Source of the DNA: the human T2T-CHM13v2.0 reference genome, Homo sapiens
NCBI RefSeq assembly: GCF_009914755.1
Contig: NC_060928.1
Strand: one strand, 5' to 3'
DNA: 64,000 bases
Shown here piece after piece: positions 24,980-38,830 of this stretch (position 1 is the first letter of the stretch; each line of letters begins with the position of its first letter). The notes under the pieces are model-generated. The model was not told the DNA's origin. It was given only the letters and a program-made list of their open reading frames with translations, and ran no database searches. The position numbers and the translations under genes were made by a program.

Positions 24980-27665
24980 GACAGAATTGAAAGAAGACCA
25001 ATATGAAGTTAAAAAGACATTAGCTCTGATGTACACACTTAAGTATTTTGTGGAAGGTATATTTACTAACTGAAAATTGATGCTTCATGCTTTTTTACTA
25101 TTTAATAAAATCTCGTTTGAGCTCTTGCTTACAAAGATAGTTCTTGCTGGAATCATGCTGTTACTGCCAGGAAAACATATGTTAAGTTATGACAACATGA
25201 GTTGTTCTACTTTGCATGTCAGTTTTATTTATCATAGCAGATTTTATAAATAGTCAGTTTGGTTTAGTATCAATCTTGTGAATGTGTGTCTGCATTCCAG
25301 TGTCAATCTACTCTGAAAATCCAACTTGGAAAAGGATAATTCCTTTTAAATATTGGAATACACAATATAGTACAAGGAGAGAACCTAAGGAGATAGCTAA
25401 AGAAAAGACAATCTGATAGATGCCAATGAGGTAGTTCAGCCAGGAATTGGGCAAGTCAAAAGCCTTACAAGTATCAATCAAGGATGTTGTAGAAGAAGTT
25501 CATGTAGTATAATTTAGCATTTATTGAGGATGGGAAATGTTAGCAACATTTGAACTAGATAGCATCTGGAATTTATTCAAATACCATCACCTATTCTTTA
25601 AATCAGACTTCAATTTATATTCCTATGTATAATTTACAATAGTATGAATAATCCTCAGAATCATTGTACATTTTTATATCACCCTTTATATAAGATAATG
25701 GAATTTTTTTCTCTGCTTTATGACTTCTGAGCTTTTATTATAAACATGGTATATATTAAATCCAAATAATAATTAGGCATTATTTTCTTAAATATGTTTG
25801 AAATTTTAAGATTTTACTATATTTACAGAAAAATAACTTAGTTACTATTTTAAAGTTTACAGCAAAGACTGCAAGATTTACATGTGTTTTGTTGTTTTAA
25901 TTTTGGTTAATCTCTATCACTAAACATGGATAAGAATTTACTCTTTCCGGAAGCCCAGACACACATGAACCTCATTAATTAAAATATAATTCATAAATCC
26001 CAAATGTTGGCGGTGTAAAAAAGAAAGTTCTGACACCTCTATATGATCATGATAGGTAACAGTGAGTGAGACATCTTTTTTTCCTATGTGGTATTTTGGG
26101 TTGATCTTTAAGAATAATATTGGCCCATAAGCTTCTATGTTTTCCTTCATTATATAAATTTAAAATCACTAGTATACTCTTCTCATGAACCAAGTGTGTC
26201 CCTATGCTCTGTCTGAATTTAAATAACTGGAATCATCTGTTATAGAAAAGTTCATTGAGCTGTATTGGGATCTTCCATGTTTGGTTTCTGGAGGGGGTAC
26301 ATTTACTTAAAGCCTTACAGATTATCTTATATAAAATAACATGTTTAATTTTTCTGCTATATATTTTTGAAATTTTTACTTTAAGACTGATTTCACTCAA
26401 TTTTTCTAAATGTATGTGCACAGAAACGAAAAATATTAACTTACCACTATTTTATTAATAACATAATCATTTTTTATTCTCATTTAAGATTCTGTACCAT
26501 TATATAACCTTTCTAATATTTTTATGTTAGTACTAGTTTCCTATTTATTATAACTAGATAATTCTGGAAAACCCCACGTTTTATCATAATTTTTACTTTT
26601 AAGTTTTATTACTTAAATTTATTATTTTGTTTCATGACTCTGTATGGGTTAGAAATATATACACATTTTCAAATGTTTCAATATTTATTGAATTATAAAA
26701 TATCCTAAAAGAAAAACTATGTCTCTTTTATATTCTGGAATCTAAAGACTATCAGTGATTTTTCATTACTGAATTTTCATATTGAGCAAAATTGCTCTAT
26801 GAACCCATTTCTAATGTAGAATAAACTATGGCTTAATAGATAATAGTGGTTACTATTTTGCTGTTACTTCATTTCCTCTGTCTGACTTTTATCCAATAAT
26901 CCATGTTATTCATCTACCTCCTGTGGGCAGTATTCATTTCTAAGTTACATACATTTTTGTTTTCTGGTGTTTGAGCAAGAACAGTTTTCAGTCCTGCCAT
27001 TAACTTTAAATTATTGTATTTAGTATTTAGTATTTTTAACAGAAAATGGTAATATATGTATTTATAATTTGAAGTCATAGTACTAGAAATAATGTTGATC
27101 TATATTTTATTAATCAGTGTTTTCCTATGATAAAACCTCTTTCTTTAAAATTATGCAACCTAGGTAACATTCTTAAGATGAAAGCTTAATATTGGATCTT
27201 TTAAGAGAAATATATTAATCCAACTCAAGTACTGTCCCTAAAAGAATTTTATCTAAGAAGTATTAATGTAAATAATGTGGCTATCAAAAAGGCATTGGAA
27301 TAATAAACACAATTTGATAAATTAAGCAAATAAAAATAGTCTATGTATATAATATTTTCATAATTATGAGAAATTAAATATGGTTTTAAAAAGTATTTAT
27401 TAGCTAAAATATTTTATAAGTGATACAAACAGTAACCTAACACTTTAGATAAAACTTTTAGAAATTTAGGACAAAATTGTTTTTCTCTCTAAGAAATTTA
27501 TAAAAAACATCTTATTTCAGATTGATATATATATATATATTTTGCAGGGCAAGTTTATTTCAAACAATCATCTAATTTTTATACAAGGACCCTGGAAATA
27601 TTCTGAACTTCAGCACTTTCATTCATCAACCCATGGATTGAAACTAGCTAATATAAGAAACAAAA

Positions 27666-27975
<310 letters not shown>

Positions 27976-27980
27976 CCCAA

Positions 27981-27986
27981 CAAAAC

Positions 27987-28015
<29 letters not shown>
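27981..28015 (+). repeat. (CAAAA)7 microsatellite derived from the Alu tail
   Basis: Direct reading. Confidence 0.95.
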
Positions 28016-28019
<4 letters not shown>

Positions 28020-28568
28020 ATGTACTATTTAGAGTCCACAAAACCTAAGGAAGGTTATAAGAATAGGTTCTTGGTTTAGCTTCCGGAAGAGTTCAGGACA
28101 TACACTGGATATCTTCTCACCTAACGACAAACCCCAAACCAGCGTCTGTTGTGATCATGAAACCACTTCTACCACAAATACCTGGAATTCAGCTTCTCCT
28201 GCAGGCACATACATCAAAATCAGCCTCTTTGATTTTGTCTAATTTCTTGTTCTAGGTTCTTATGTATTACAGTCATATCTGCATAATTCTGAATACTTGA
28301 CACAAAACTTTGCTGAGAATCAAATTCATATGATACAATTCCCTTCAAAAGAGTTTAGGCTTTGATCCATTTTGTGTTGACATAAAATATTACAAATATA
28401 AAAGTAAAAAGCCAGCATATTTTTCACCTTTAAGGTAACATATTTTATGTTTAATTAGAAATATGTCTTCACACTGAAAGTTAATAACAATCCTAGAATA
28501 AGAACCAGTGCCAATTTTTCTAATGTTCTGAGATAAGATTATCAGATCCTATTCATACAAATAAATAT

Positions 28569-29606
28569 ATCCATCACATCATATATGTATTGTTTGAGAT
28601 GAGAGCATTTAGAGTCTACTTAAACAATTAGCAATTGTTAAGCTGACATTTTTATCAACTGTAATCACCATGCTGTATAATAGATCTCCAAGTCTTATCT
28701 TCCTAACAGAACTTTTGTACATTTTGACCAACATCTTCCCATTCCACCTGCTCTTCCTCAGACCCAAGTACACCCTTCTGCTCTCTGCTTATATGAGTTG
28801 GACTTTTATTAGATTCCACATATAAATAAGATTATGCCATATTTGTCTTTCTGTGCCTGGCTTATTTTACTTAGCATAATGACACCCAGGTTCATCCATG
28901 TTGTCACAAATTAAAATATATATTTTTCTTTTGCTAAGGCCTAATAGTATTCCATTATGTAAATAAACCACATTTTCTTCATCCACTTACCTATTGGTAG
29001 ACACATGGGTTGATTCCATATCTTGGCTAATGTGAATAATGCTGAAATGAACGTGGAAGTGCAGATCTTCAGCATATTGATTTCATTACCTTTGGCTCTA
29101 TGCCCAGAAGAGAGAATCCCAAAATATAAAGAAATTTTATTTTTTATTTCTGAGAAAATTATGTTGCTGTTTTCCATAACTGCTGTATTAATTTACACTG
29201 TACCAACATTGTACAAAAGTTTCCTTTTCTTCACATTCTCACCAACACTTGTTTTCTTTTGTCTTTTTGATAAAAGCTATTCTAACAAATGTGAGATGAC
29301 ATCTCACTGTGATTTTAATTTTCATTTCCCTGATGATTAGCGATGTTGAGCATTTTTTCATATAACTGTGGAACATTTGTATGTATTCTTTGGAGAAGTG
29401 TCTATTCAGGTCAATTGCCCATTTTCTAATTTTCTTAAATTATTGAGTTCCTTATGTATTTTGAATATCAGCTCATTTTTTAAGAGGTAATAAATGTTAA
29501 TTAGCTTGATTTAATAATTTCATAATGTATACATATATCAAAACATCACATTGTATACCATAAATGCATGAAAGCTTTTGTCAATTAAAATAAAATAATT
29601 AAAATT
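28569..29606 (+). mobile_element. L1MA (MA7-9-like) 3' fragment with a long inverted 5' segment
   Basis: 28569 to about 29475 is antisense L1MA ORF2-end/3' UTR; about 29484-29606 is the sense terminal 3' UTR (atgttaattagcttgattt...aaacatcacattgtatacc...tcaattaaaataaaa); degenerate TSD tacaaataaatat / tacaagcaaatat. Confidence 0.85.
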
Positions 29607-31384
29607 TACAAGCAAATATTACTTAAAATGATTTAATGACTTCAAGCCACTAAAAATTATATACCATACACCTAGTATCTCATTTCATGTACTGTCTTTT
29701 AAATACATTACTGTGAAATATATATGATATGTGTATAATTTATTTGGCATGATTTTAGATTTATTAATGTTTAATCTTAAGATCCTAAAAATCTTTAGAA
29801 CATAAGTGTACATTTTTTCAGTATGTATTATATGTACTTAAAATTACTATACAGTGGAAATCAACTTTTAAAATTGCAGCAATTTTACATGAGAGAAAGA
29901 GGTGTGAAAAATAAAGATAGAATTTCTATTGAATAATATCCGTTCTTTCTGTTTGACAATATTTGTTCTTTTCTTGGACTTGGACATATGTGATAAATCA
30001 TTGGGATCCTTATATTTCCTACCTGATGACATAAAGAAACTTGCCTTTTACTTTATCATTTTCTCTAACATCTCTAAAAGAAATTGATTGATTCCTGAAA
30101 CTATACAGAAAATAGTAGAGAAGCAGAAATATTAATTTCACTATATAATGCTTCTAAAAGAATATGCAATATTGCACGCTTATAACTAGGACTAAAACAT
30201 AAATTTATATGTAATGACTCAAATAAATATTAAACATTAAATTTTAAAAAATAATATTTATAAAAAATCAAAAGAAGCAAATTGCTTATTTACATGTAAA
30301 ATGTGGCAATCTGTCACTAACTTTAGATGTATTGAAACAGAAGGTTGATTTTCCAAAATCCAAGTTTAAAGAGATTAAACAGGTGTGTATTCGTTTGTCT
30401 AAGCCTTTCTTAGATTGAAAAAGCTGTAATCTTTCTCCATCAGATTAGAACCTTTGCTTCCTGATTCCCCTTCTGAAAGGTACAATTCTCAGTTACCACC
30501 AGACCATTTACTCACCATTGCAAGTGTTGCTCCTTGTAGCGACACAGAAAACATTAGAATATACCCCAAATTGCAGATTTGTCAGCTACAAAGACGCGTA
30601 CATGATATGTGTAAATAAAACTAAACAAGGAATTATACAAATGTTTGCAAAAGCAATAATTTTGAAATAATATATGCTATTATTAAATGAAACTATATGG
30701 AGGAAATTGAGGAGAAAAATGTCGTATTTTTATATAATTCCTTCTACACTATTTTTACTGTCTTATTACAAACACTATTTTGTTTCTATGAAAATAGAAA
30801 TATGAAAGTGGTGATATTGTTAATTTATGCATTCTTTCACTATTTCCCCAGCTATCTTAGAATACCATTGTTTACATTGTTATACATTTCAAGACATCTT
30901 GTAAAACATTACTTAGAATCAAAACTGAAAACTCTGGGGTACTTTAATAATTTTTAACCTTCAAATTTGCTTTCTCTCTATAGAGCTTTAATGGTAACAT
31001 GCACCCTTGATTTGCCTTCCCTTTCCTGGAATCCTGTAGTAGGCCAGGAATTTTACTCTTTACAGCAAAGTTCCAGTTCAGAGCTCCACAAAGGTAGGAA
31101 GAAACAAATGAAATAATCTTTCGAAACCTAATAATGGTTAAAAACATTATCTGAGAAGTCTCAAGTTTTTCAAAGGAATACACAAATTCCTGGAAGCAGA
31201 TAGAGACTCCAATTAGGAAAAACGTGATAATCTTAATTTGACATTTACTTCAGCATTTAAATTGGTTTGTCCTATGGTGCACTCACTTTCAATTCACATG
31301 TGTAATATTTTTCACAACAAAATTTATTAGCAACTTTTATTTTTATTTTTTATGTTAAAAATTTAAATTATTATTATTACTTTT

Positions 31385-31466
31385 TAATTTTTAGAGATAG
31401 AGTCTTTCTCTGTCACCCAGTCCAGATGGAGTGCAGTGGTGACCATAGCTCACTGCAGCCTCAAAC
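31385..31466 (-). mobile_element. AluJ/FRAM 3' fragment
   Basis: ttagagatagagtctttctctgtcacccag...gagtgcagtggtgaccatagctcactgcagcctcaaac. Confidence 0.85.
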
Positions 31467-32174
31467 AAACTCATACATATATATGTATATATTTCCCTAA
31501 TTTGAAGGTACCGAAGGTTAACAGCATGTTTTTAGATCTCAAATAGAATCAACAGCACTTTTTAATCATAATATCGAGCAGTTGTAACAAGTTTTAGTTT
31601 TATCTATGAACAATCTATTTCTATTTCTTATCTTTTACATTAAACAATCATTCCTAAACCTTTAAATTTGTTATTTAGAAGCAAACATGGATGCCTTTTC
31701 TTCATTTTCATTGAGTCTACCATTTGGTAAAATATAAAACATAAAAATTACTTAACAAATTGTGCTTGAGAAATTTAAATGCTTATCATTACCCTTTTAA
31801 TGTTTGAGCATAGATAAGTATGAAATAGTTGTATAATAAAAAACTATAGAATATTACTACACATTAAAATCTTGTTAGCAACTTATTTTGTGAATTAACA
31901 AATTTTGAGAAAGTCCATGTATTTACTCAGCATTTTTGTTACCTGTGTTTTCTCAGATTTAGATAAAACCATTGGAAAATTATTTAATTACCTAGCTCTT
32001 TATCTGAATTATCATATATTTATAAAAAAAGATTGGTATCTGGTTGAGCTAGTTTTCTCACCTGTTTCTACGACAAACACATTTTGAAGCATTTGACAAT
32101 TCACCTTTTTGCTGTGTTTTAACATTAATTTTCAAGATACATGTATAAAATAATGTGAGACTTTGATTGAAATT

Positions 32175-32592
32175 TGTGAATGAAAACAAATTCAGAATTA
32201 GGTAAGGAGAGACTGTAATTAAAAGCAAGACTATTGCAATAAGGGAAACACTATGATCATAGAAATCTGTCAGAACTCAAGCAAAAAAGATTTTTTTGTT
32301 TGTTTGTTTGTTTGTTTGTTTTTCTAACTAGGTTAAAGTAGAGGTAAGCAGAAATAAGCAGAATCTTTGTAAGGGAACCTGGACTTGCAAGAGGACATGA
32401 CTAGTGGAGTCTGACAGGAAGAGTCTTGCTTTGGTAAGCTGCTTCCCAGGAGAAACTAAGGGTGGCATGGTTTTCTGTCCTTGTTTAGGCTTAGAGGCAG
32501 GCAGAGGTCAATGGCTTGTAAGAGAAAATCCTGACTAGTTGGGTCAAGATAAAGCAGATGATAATAAGTGGCCACTTGTGAACATTTGGTCA
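32175..32592 (-). mobile_element. Old ERV1-type solo LTR (family uncertain, MER89/90/110-like), with internal (GTTT)n
   Basis: TG...CA ends with exact 4-bp TSD AATT at 32171-32174 and 32593-32596; purine-rich body distinct from flanks; strand inferred from family resemblance. Confidence 0.6.
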
Positions 32593-33599
32593 AATTGCTT
32601 TGAGTTTATAGATTAGTAGAGACAAATGTATATATTTATGTCAAAGTCATTTTTAATTATAAACTTTGAATATGTTCGTATTTATTTAGTTATTTAATGC
32701 TTATTTAAAAATGTTTTATAGATTATGAACAGTTTTTGTTAGGTTTGTTATAAAGAATCTGATGTAATAGGTGATAGGCAATATATAATGCAAACACAGG
32801 AAATGAAAATAAAGTAATAGATTTCAATTAAATTTCAATTCAAAATAAAATTTATATTCCTAGATTTTTTTTTAGTTATTCTTTAAAAAGTCAGCCAAGT
32901 CTTTCTGAGCCTTTTCATTGTATTGATAACTAAAATTTATCCAAAGTTTATAAACCTTAAGACTATGCTCAATGGATAATACTCCTTTTGAATCATTGCC
33001 CAGAAAAAGATGTAAGATATCACCAGAATCTCAAAAACATACCTTTTGTTCTTTACTTATCATTAATTTTTTTTTCAGAAAAATTACTACTTAATTCTAT
33101 CTGACATTCCTACTCAGCATTTATCAACCATTTTAAAAATCATTCTCCTCACAGGTAATTTTCTAGACAATGTATTTGTTAATTTGTCTCTTCCTATAGC
33201 TCTATATCTGTTTTGTATTATAGATATATCTATATTTAATAAATAAAGAAGAGTTTTTTTAACCCCCTAGAAGAACAATTTTTGTCTCCCCATGGGAGAT
33301 GTCACTATCTTTAATATTCTTGTTGAGAAGAAGAATCATCTGGTATTAGCATCTGTTAAGTGTATTTTGTGGAGACAATGGAGGCATGCTACATACTTAG
33401 GTTTACCTGGGTTCAACTGTTTATAAATAAAATCACATCAGGTATTCTCTTCCTTTTAGTTCCTTTCACTGAACATATTTAGTGTCAGGCCATTTCAACA
33501 TCCAAAATCCTTGGGATGCTAATTATGCTATTTTTCCCCTGTTGGATCTCAAACAGTGGTATTTTTCCAAAGAAGTAATAATGGTCAACTCATGGCCAC

Positions 33600-34095
33600 A
33601 AAAATTTTCTCCTGAGTATTTTTCCTGAAGTTTTATAATTTTACATACATGGTCATATCTATGAACAATTTTCAGTTAATTTTGTTAAGTTGTAACTTTT
33701 AGTCAAAGACTATTAGTTAAATTTACAAATTTAATTACTCAATAGCAATTTGGAAACACTTTTCTTTGTTGAAGGGTTTGTACGTTTTTCAAAGAGCCAT
33801 TGACTACATTTCTGTGGCTCTTTATCTAATCCATAAATACATATGCTCATACTTTCCCTCAAATAACACGTATTTGTAGTAAATTTTGAATGCAGATAAT
33901 GTAAATTTTTTAACTTTGTTTTTCTTGAATATGAAGTTCTGTTACCAATTAGTTTTTAGAAGTATATTGTTTAGCTTCAAATATTTTGTTTTCTTGATAT
34001 CTTTCTGTTATTAATTTATAATTTAATCCTACTTGGAAACATTTAAATGCATTCATGTGTGCTTTACGGTGACACAATGTAGTCTGTCTTGACAA
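33600..34095 (-). mobile_element. Decayed L1M ORF2 fragments
   Basis: ttttctcctgagtatttttcctgaagttttataattttaca...ttttcagttaattttgt...tttagaagtatattgtttagcttcaaatatttt. Confidence 0.65.
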
Positions 34096-36116
34096 TGCAA
34101 ATGATAGAAGATGCATTGTAATTAGGAGTGGTTATGGAATTTGTTCAATAGAAAAGAAATAATCATTATAAGTGTTGAAGAATAGTATTAAATTCAAGGC
34201 ACTGGAGGCGTTGGTAAGAAAAAAAAGTATGTGCTCAGGAAAGATAACTAATCTCAAGAAGTTCTGTTAAAACCAGAAGACAGCTTTGAACACTTTTAAC
34301 ATTCTCATTTTCTGCATATGCACGGCACATTATTCAGGATATAAAGCTCAGGTTCTGATTATATGTACATATAAATTAAGTGCCAAGATCTCTCCCATAT
34401 TAAAACCAAGACTTTGATAATAGAGAGCACTAACATCCGAGATGACATAACTGAGTAAATAAACCTGATAATCTTGAAAATATGTAATCTTTTAAACAGT
34501 CTGGGCTAGTAAAAGCATTCATTGTCTCCACTAAATAAACTCACCAGATGCAAATACAGGATGATTCTTGTTCTCAACAAGATCATGTATACCTCTTTCA
34601 CTGGCAAAAGGTGAACCATAAATTTTAGGTCTCATCTGAGTGGCACAAGTATCATCTCTACTGTAGGAGAAAAGAGTAACTATAAAGCATGAATAATGTA
34701 GTAGGAGGAAGAAGAAAATACATATGGAATGGCTCTTGAGATGCTGCAATACGTGTGTGGGACCAGTAGAAGTTTATTCACACAGAAAAGCTTACCTGAT
34801 TCTCAAGATTTAATGTTCTGACACAGGCAAAAGGAAGGCTCCTTGAAATTCAGATACAATGATGCCTAAAATAATTAAGTTGGAGATGCAGGAACTCCTT
34901 TGTAATTGCATTGATGAAGAGTTAAGAGTACTTAGGGATATAAAATGAGTTTACTATGTTGACTAAAAAACAAATGCCTTAAATCTATCAAATTTTGACA
35001 ATAAGTCTTTCTATTGAAAACTATGAGAAATATTGTCTCAATATGCATCTCCCATTTTGGGAAGTCTAAAAATAGCTTGCTGTTCTCATATTGTCTTTTG
35101 CATTTTCATGGGAACACAGGAGTTTTTTTTGTCCTTATCAGTGTTTCTTAAATTTTTCTTCATTTCCCTCCTCAGGAGTCTTTTAAAACATACCTGTTTA
35201 TTTAGTGTCTGTATATTTATAAACTATATACAAAAAAGAAAGACTTAAAATTTTTAAAGCTATCAACATTTAATTTGACCTATAATTAACTGTATTCATT
35301 AACTTTTAATGTACTTGGAAACAAATTATATCCCTGATAAAAATAAAGTGTGTAATATGACAACAATCTAACCCAATTTTCCCAGTACTAATTTTATTTT
35401 TGAGTGAAGTATGTCTCTTGGTTCTCCTTTTTCTTAATAGACTGTTTCTTCATGATTCAGTTTATTTTATCATACATTTGTAATAAGATAAAGCAATTTC
35501 AAGCAGAAAAAACTTCAACTATGCTTGGGTCAGCCAAGTTTGCAAATGTAGACAAACATATTAACTTTTTCCCTTTAAAATGTTCACACTTCATAACAAT
35601 GATGCAGTTTAGAGATTAAAGTTTGTAATTAATTTTAAGACTTACATTTACTGACAGAGAGCTGTTACACTGGCAGGTATAAGGTAATTTACACATTTAA
35701 ATTGAGACAAAAGTTCTAACAGAAGTCCTAGATTGAAGCTCACATAGACCTCTCAATTAAAATAAAATGATGGCTAAGAGGCAAATGAAAAACAAGACTT
35801 TTTTCCTAACAATTTTATATAAATTTGTCACTAAAAAACATTGTCTAACATCAACACAACAATAATAGAATTAATGACCCTTTCTACATATAGACAATAA
35901 GATGGCTGAAATAATTACATTATGAATTGATTACTATAAAATGGATGTTCTGCACACTAGAATATATCAGATCAAAACTCTCTTATTTACTTTTAGTTAT
36001 TATTGTTGATCATGTAGCAAAGTGGTCAATCTGTATTATAATTAATTTTAACTATTTTATAATTAGAACATTTAATAATTAAAAAATACTTAACAAAAGA
36101 ATTAGCTTTTTTAATT

Positions 36117-36275
36117 CAGGTGTCAGCAATCTTTTTCTGTAAGTGCCAAATTTCAGAGAAAGGATTCATAGACATCATGGAAAGCAGTGGATGTCACTCT
36201 GTTTTAATAAAACTTTATTTGCAAACACAGATGGAGAGTCAGTCTTCCCATGCAGGCTGATATTTGCTGATCTTA
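36117..36275. mobile_element. MER58A hAT-Charlie MITE
   Basis: caggtgtcagcaatctttttctgtaa...gttttaataaaactttatttgcaaacacagatgg...tttgctgatc. Confidence 0.8.
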
Positions 36276-36663
36276 TTCAAATAAATAGGCCAGGAATAAC
36301 AAAACAGTAGTGAACCTTAATTATGAAACTATTTTTGTGCATTGATGCTATTTTGAATGAAACAAACATCATAATTTAATCTCCTCAGTGATTCTCTGTA
36401 TTTATTTGTTCTATGAGAATGTATCACTTAATAGTTCTCACACACCAGGGTAGAATATATATATATAAAAGATGTGTGTATCTAGATATTGTACAACTAC
36501 TAGATTACTTTTGTCATTTTCTAAAGTCCTGATTAGTGTTTGTGGCAAAGAACTCACTCTAATAAAATTAAATAACAAAGCAGTAGCAAATATTTTTGCA
36601 CTTTATAAAATGTTTACTAAAGCATAAACTTCCATAGGAGAATATCAGAATTACATTAGCATT

Positions 36664-37056
36664 TGCCATGATTTGGCTCTGTGTCCCCACCCAAATCTCA
36701 TGTTGAGTTGTAATCCCCAGTGTTGGAGTTGGGACCTGGTGGGAGGTGCTTGGATCATGGGGGTGGTTTCTAATGGTTTAGCACCATTCCCCTAAGGGCT
36801 GTCTTGTGATAGAATTCTCATGAGGTCTGGTTGTTTAAAAGTGTGTAACACCCCCTCCTTTCACTCTCTTCCTCCTGCTCCCGCCATGTGGTACATGTGG
36901 GCTTCCCATTTGCCCTTCACCATGATTGCAAGTTTCCTGAGGCCTCCCCAGCTATGCTTCCTGTAGAGCCTGCAGAACAGTGAGCCAGTTAAACCTCTTT
37001 ATAAATTACCCAGTCTCTAGTAGTTATTTTTAGCAATGCAGGAATGAACTAACACA
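36664..37056 (+). mobile_element. MSTA-type solo LTR
   Basis: tgccatgatttggctctgtgtccccacccaaatctcatgttg...ggaatgaactaacaca; TSD gcatt/gcact. Confidence 0.93.
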
Positions 37057-38190
37057 GCACTCAAATCTTTCCAATATATATCAGTGCTATAGTTACTGGA
37101 GAAATATTGATACCAATTTATTACTTGCATTATTCACTGACAAATTATTTCTGAGTTTTCTCAAGAATGACTAGACAAGGGAAATCAGTGCTAACAACAA
37201 CAAAGATTAAGGGTGCCATTTTACCAATTCAGCTTATCAATAGAGATAGTCCCAAAGTAGTAATCATTTAATTGAAAGACAGTTGAATACACCAAGCACA
37301 GAGACCAGTACATAAACAAGTAAACTTGGGATACACATAAACTAGACACAATATAATGACACTTTCAGCTAATTACTCTTATCAAGAAAGAAAGAACAAA
37401 ATGACAATTGAAATATTAAACAATTAAATGTGAATAAAAATGTGCTTATGAAGGCCTGCCAGTATCAACATGAGCAAACAACTTTGTGTTTTATTCATTA
37501 GAGAGAGATGGTATTATTGAAATGTCAGTTATCAAAGTTGATTCTTCTAACTCTGAAAAAAAGTATTATTTTACATCTGCATAAAAACTATTATTTTTTA
37601 AATAATGAACTATTTCAAGGCCTACAAATATATAAAACATGTATTTTGGGGGAAAGTGTATTTTTTTTAAAACCCGACTTTTAATTTTTTTCAAAATAAA
37701 TTCTTCTCATAATTTGACACGTGTATTTTTTCCTGTGGGCTTATTCAATCTAGGAATAGCTCATTCTTTTTTTAAACTCTCATGCATTTCTTAATGTGGA
37801 GCTTTTAATAACAAATACCCAAGTCAAAGAGTTGGAGGGTTAAATGAACAATATAACATACACCTCCTTGTTAAAGCCTCATACTCAATAATTATTAGAC
37901 TGTCTTCTTTTTTACCATTATGGAGGCATTAACATTAGAAATTTTCTCAAAGAACTAGGAAAAAATTTAATGTGCCATACCCTTGTTTTTAGTCTTCTAA
38001 TGAGTAATATTTTCACCAAATAAAAATATTGGTTTTTCATGAACAGTTGCGGCATATCCTTCTCTCAGTGAGGCCAATGTGATTGCTGAAAACAGTATTT
38101 GTTTCCCTTGCTCCAAACTAGGTAAAATTGAAATAACTTTAGTATAATTAAGTACTCCATTTTTCTAAGAGATAGAGAATGAGTTACTAT

Positions 38191-38830
38191 TGTCTGCATC
38201 ATTTTTTTTTCTCCTATTTTCTCGGTTTCCTCCATTCCCCACCTCCTACTTAGCCCTTTAGAAATGCAATTAGAATCTTTCACCTCCCCTTCACCAGATA
38301 ATCCCTATGGGGTAAGTTCGTCTAACTATGTGCTTAGAAGCTCCAGAATGGAGCTCTCTCCCACCAGGAGACTGCCTCAAGAGACCACAGTCAATTTACA
38401 ACCCAAATTCTGCCTGCTATGAAACTCTCATCCACCAGCAATCTGCCTCAAGAAATAACAGGCAATTTAAAACCCAAAGTCCCTATGGAACCTTGTCCCA
38501 CCTGGAGATGCCTGGCCACCTTTACAACCTAGTTCTACCGCTGTCCACAAAGGTAACAACTTGATGGCCTGGCATGTAAGACACCAAAACTGGTACACAG
38601 AGCCTCCCCGCACCTGCCCACCTCCTCCCCTGCATGCGTTTCATGCTACGTCCCCTTTGAAAAGTACACACTTTCTCCTCCAAAAGTGAAGTAGTATCCT
38701 TAAGGCAGGAAGCTGTACTTCTTTCCCTCAACTAGCTTTAGAATAAAAAGTCACTTTCTTTATACCAGATCTTGCTCCTGTTAATTGGACTCTACAAGTA
38801 GCGAGTGACTGAACCTGCATTTTGGTTACA
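38191..38830 (+). mobile_element. MER67-like ERV1 LTR with internal ~62-bp tandem units
   Basis: 3' end aataaaaagtcactttctttataccagatcttgctcctgttaattggactctacaagtagcgag...ttttggttaCA; repeated unit ctctc..ccaccag...ctgcctcaaga...caattta.aacccaaa; 5' boundary uncertain. Confidence 0.75.

Noticed and set aside
25470-25580. Possible L3/MIR-type 3' end (tttgaactagatagcatctggaatttattcaa)
   Set aside because: Too degenerate to call without a profile search.
38350-38530. Repeated ~62-bp units that superficially resemble a repeat-spacer array
   Set aside because: Degenerate tandem units inside an ERV1 LTR; no identical repeats with unique spacers and no cas genes, in eukaryotic DNA.
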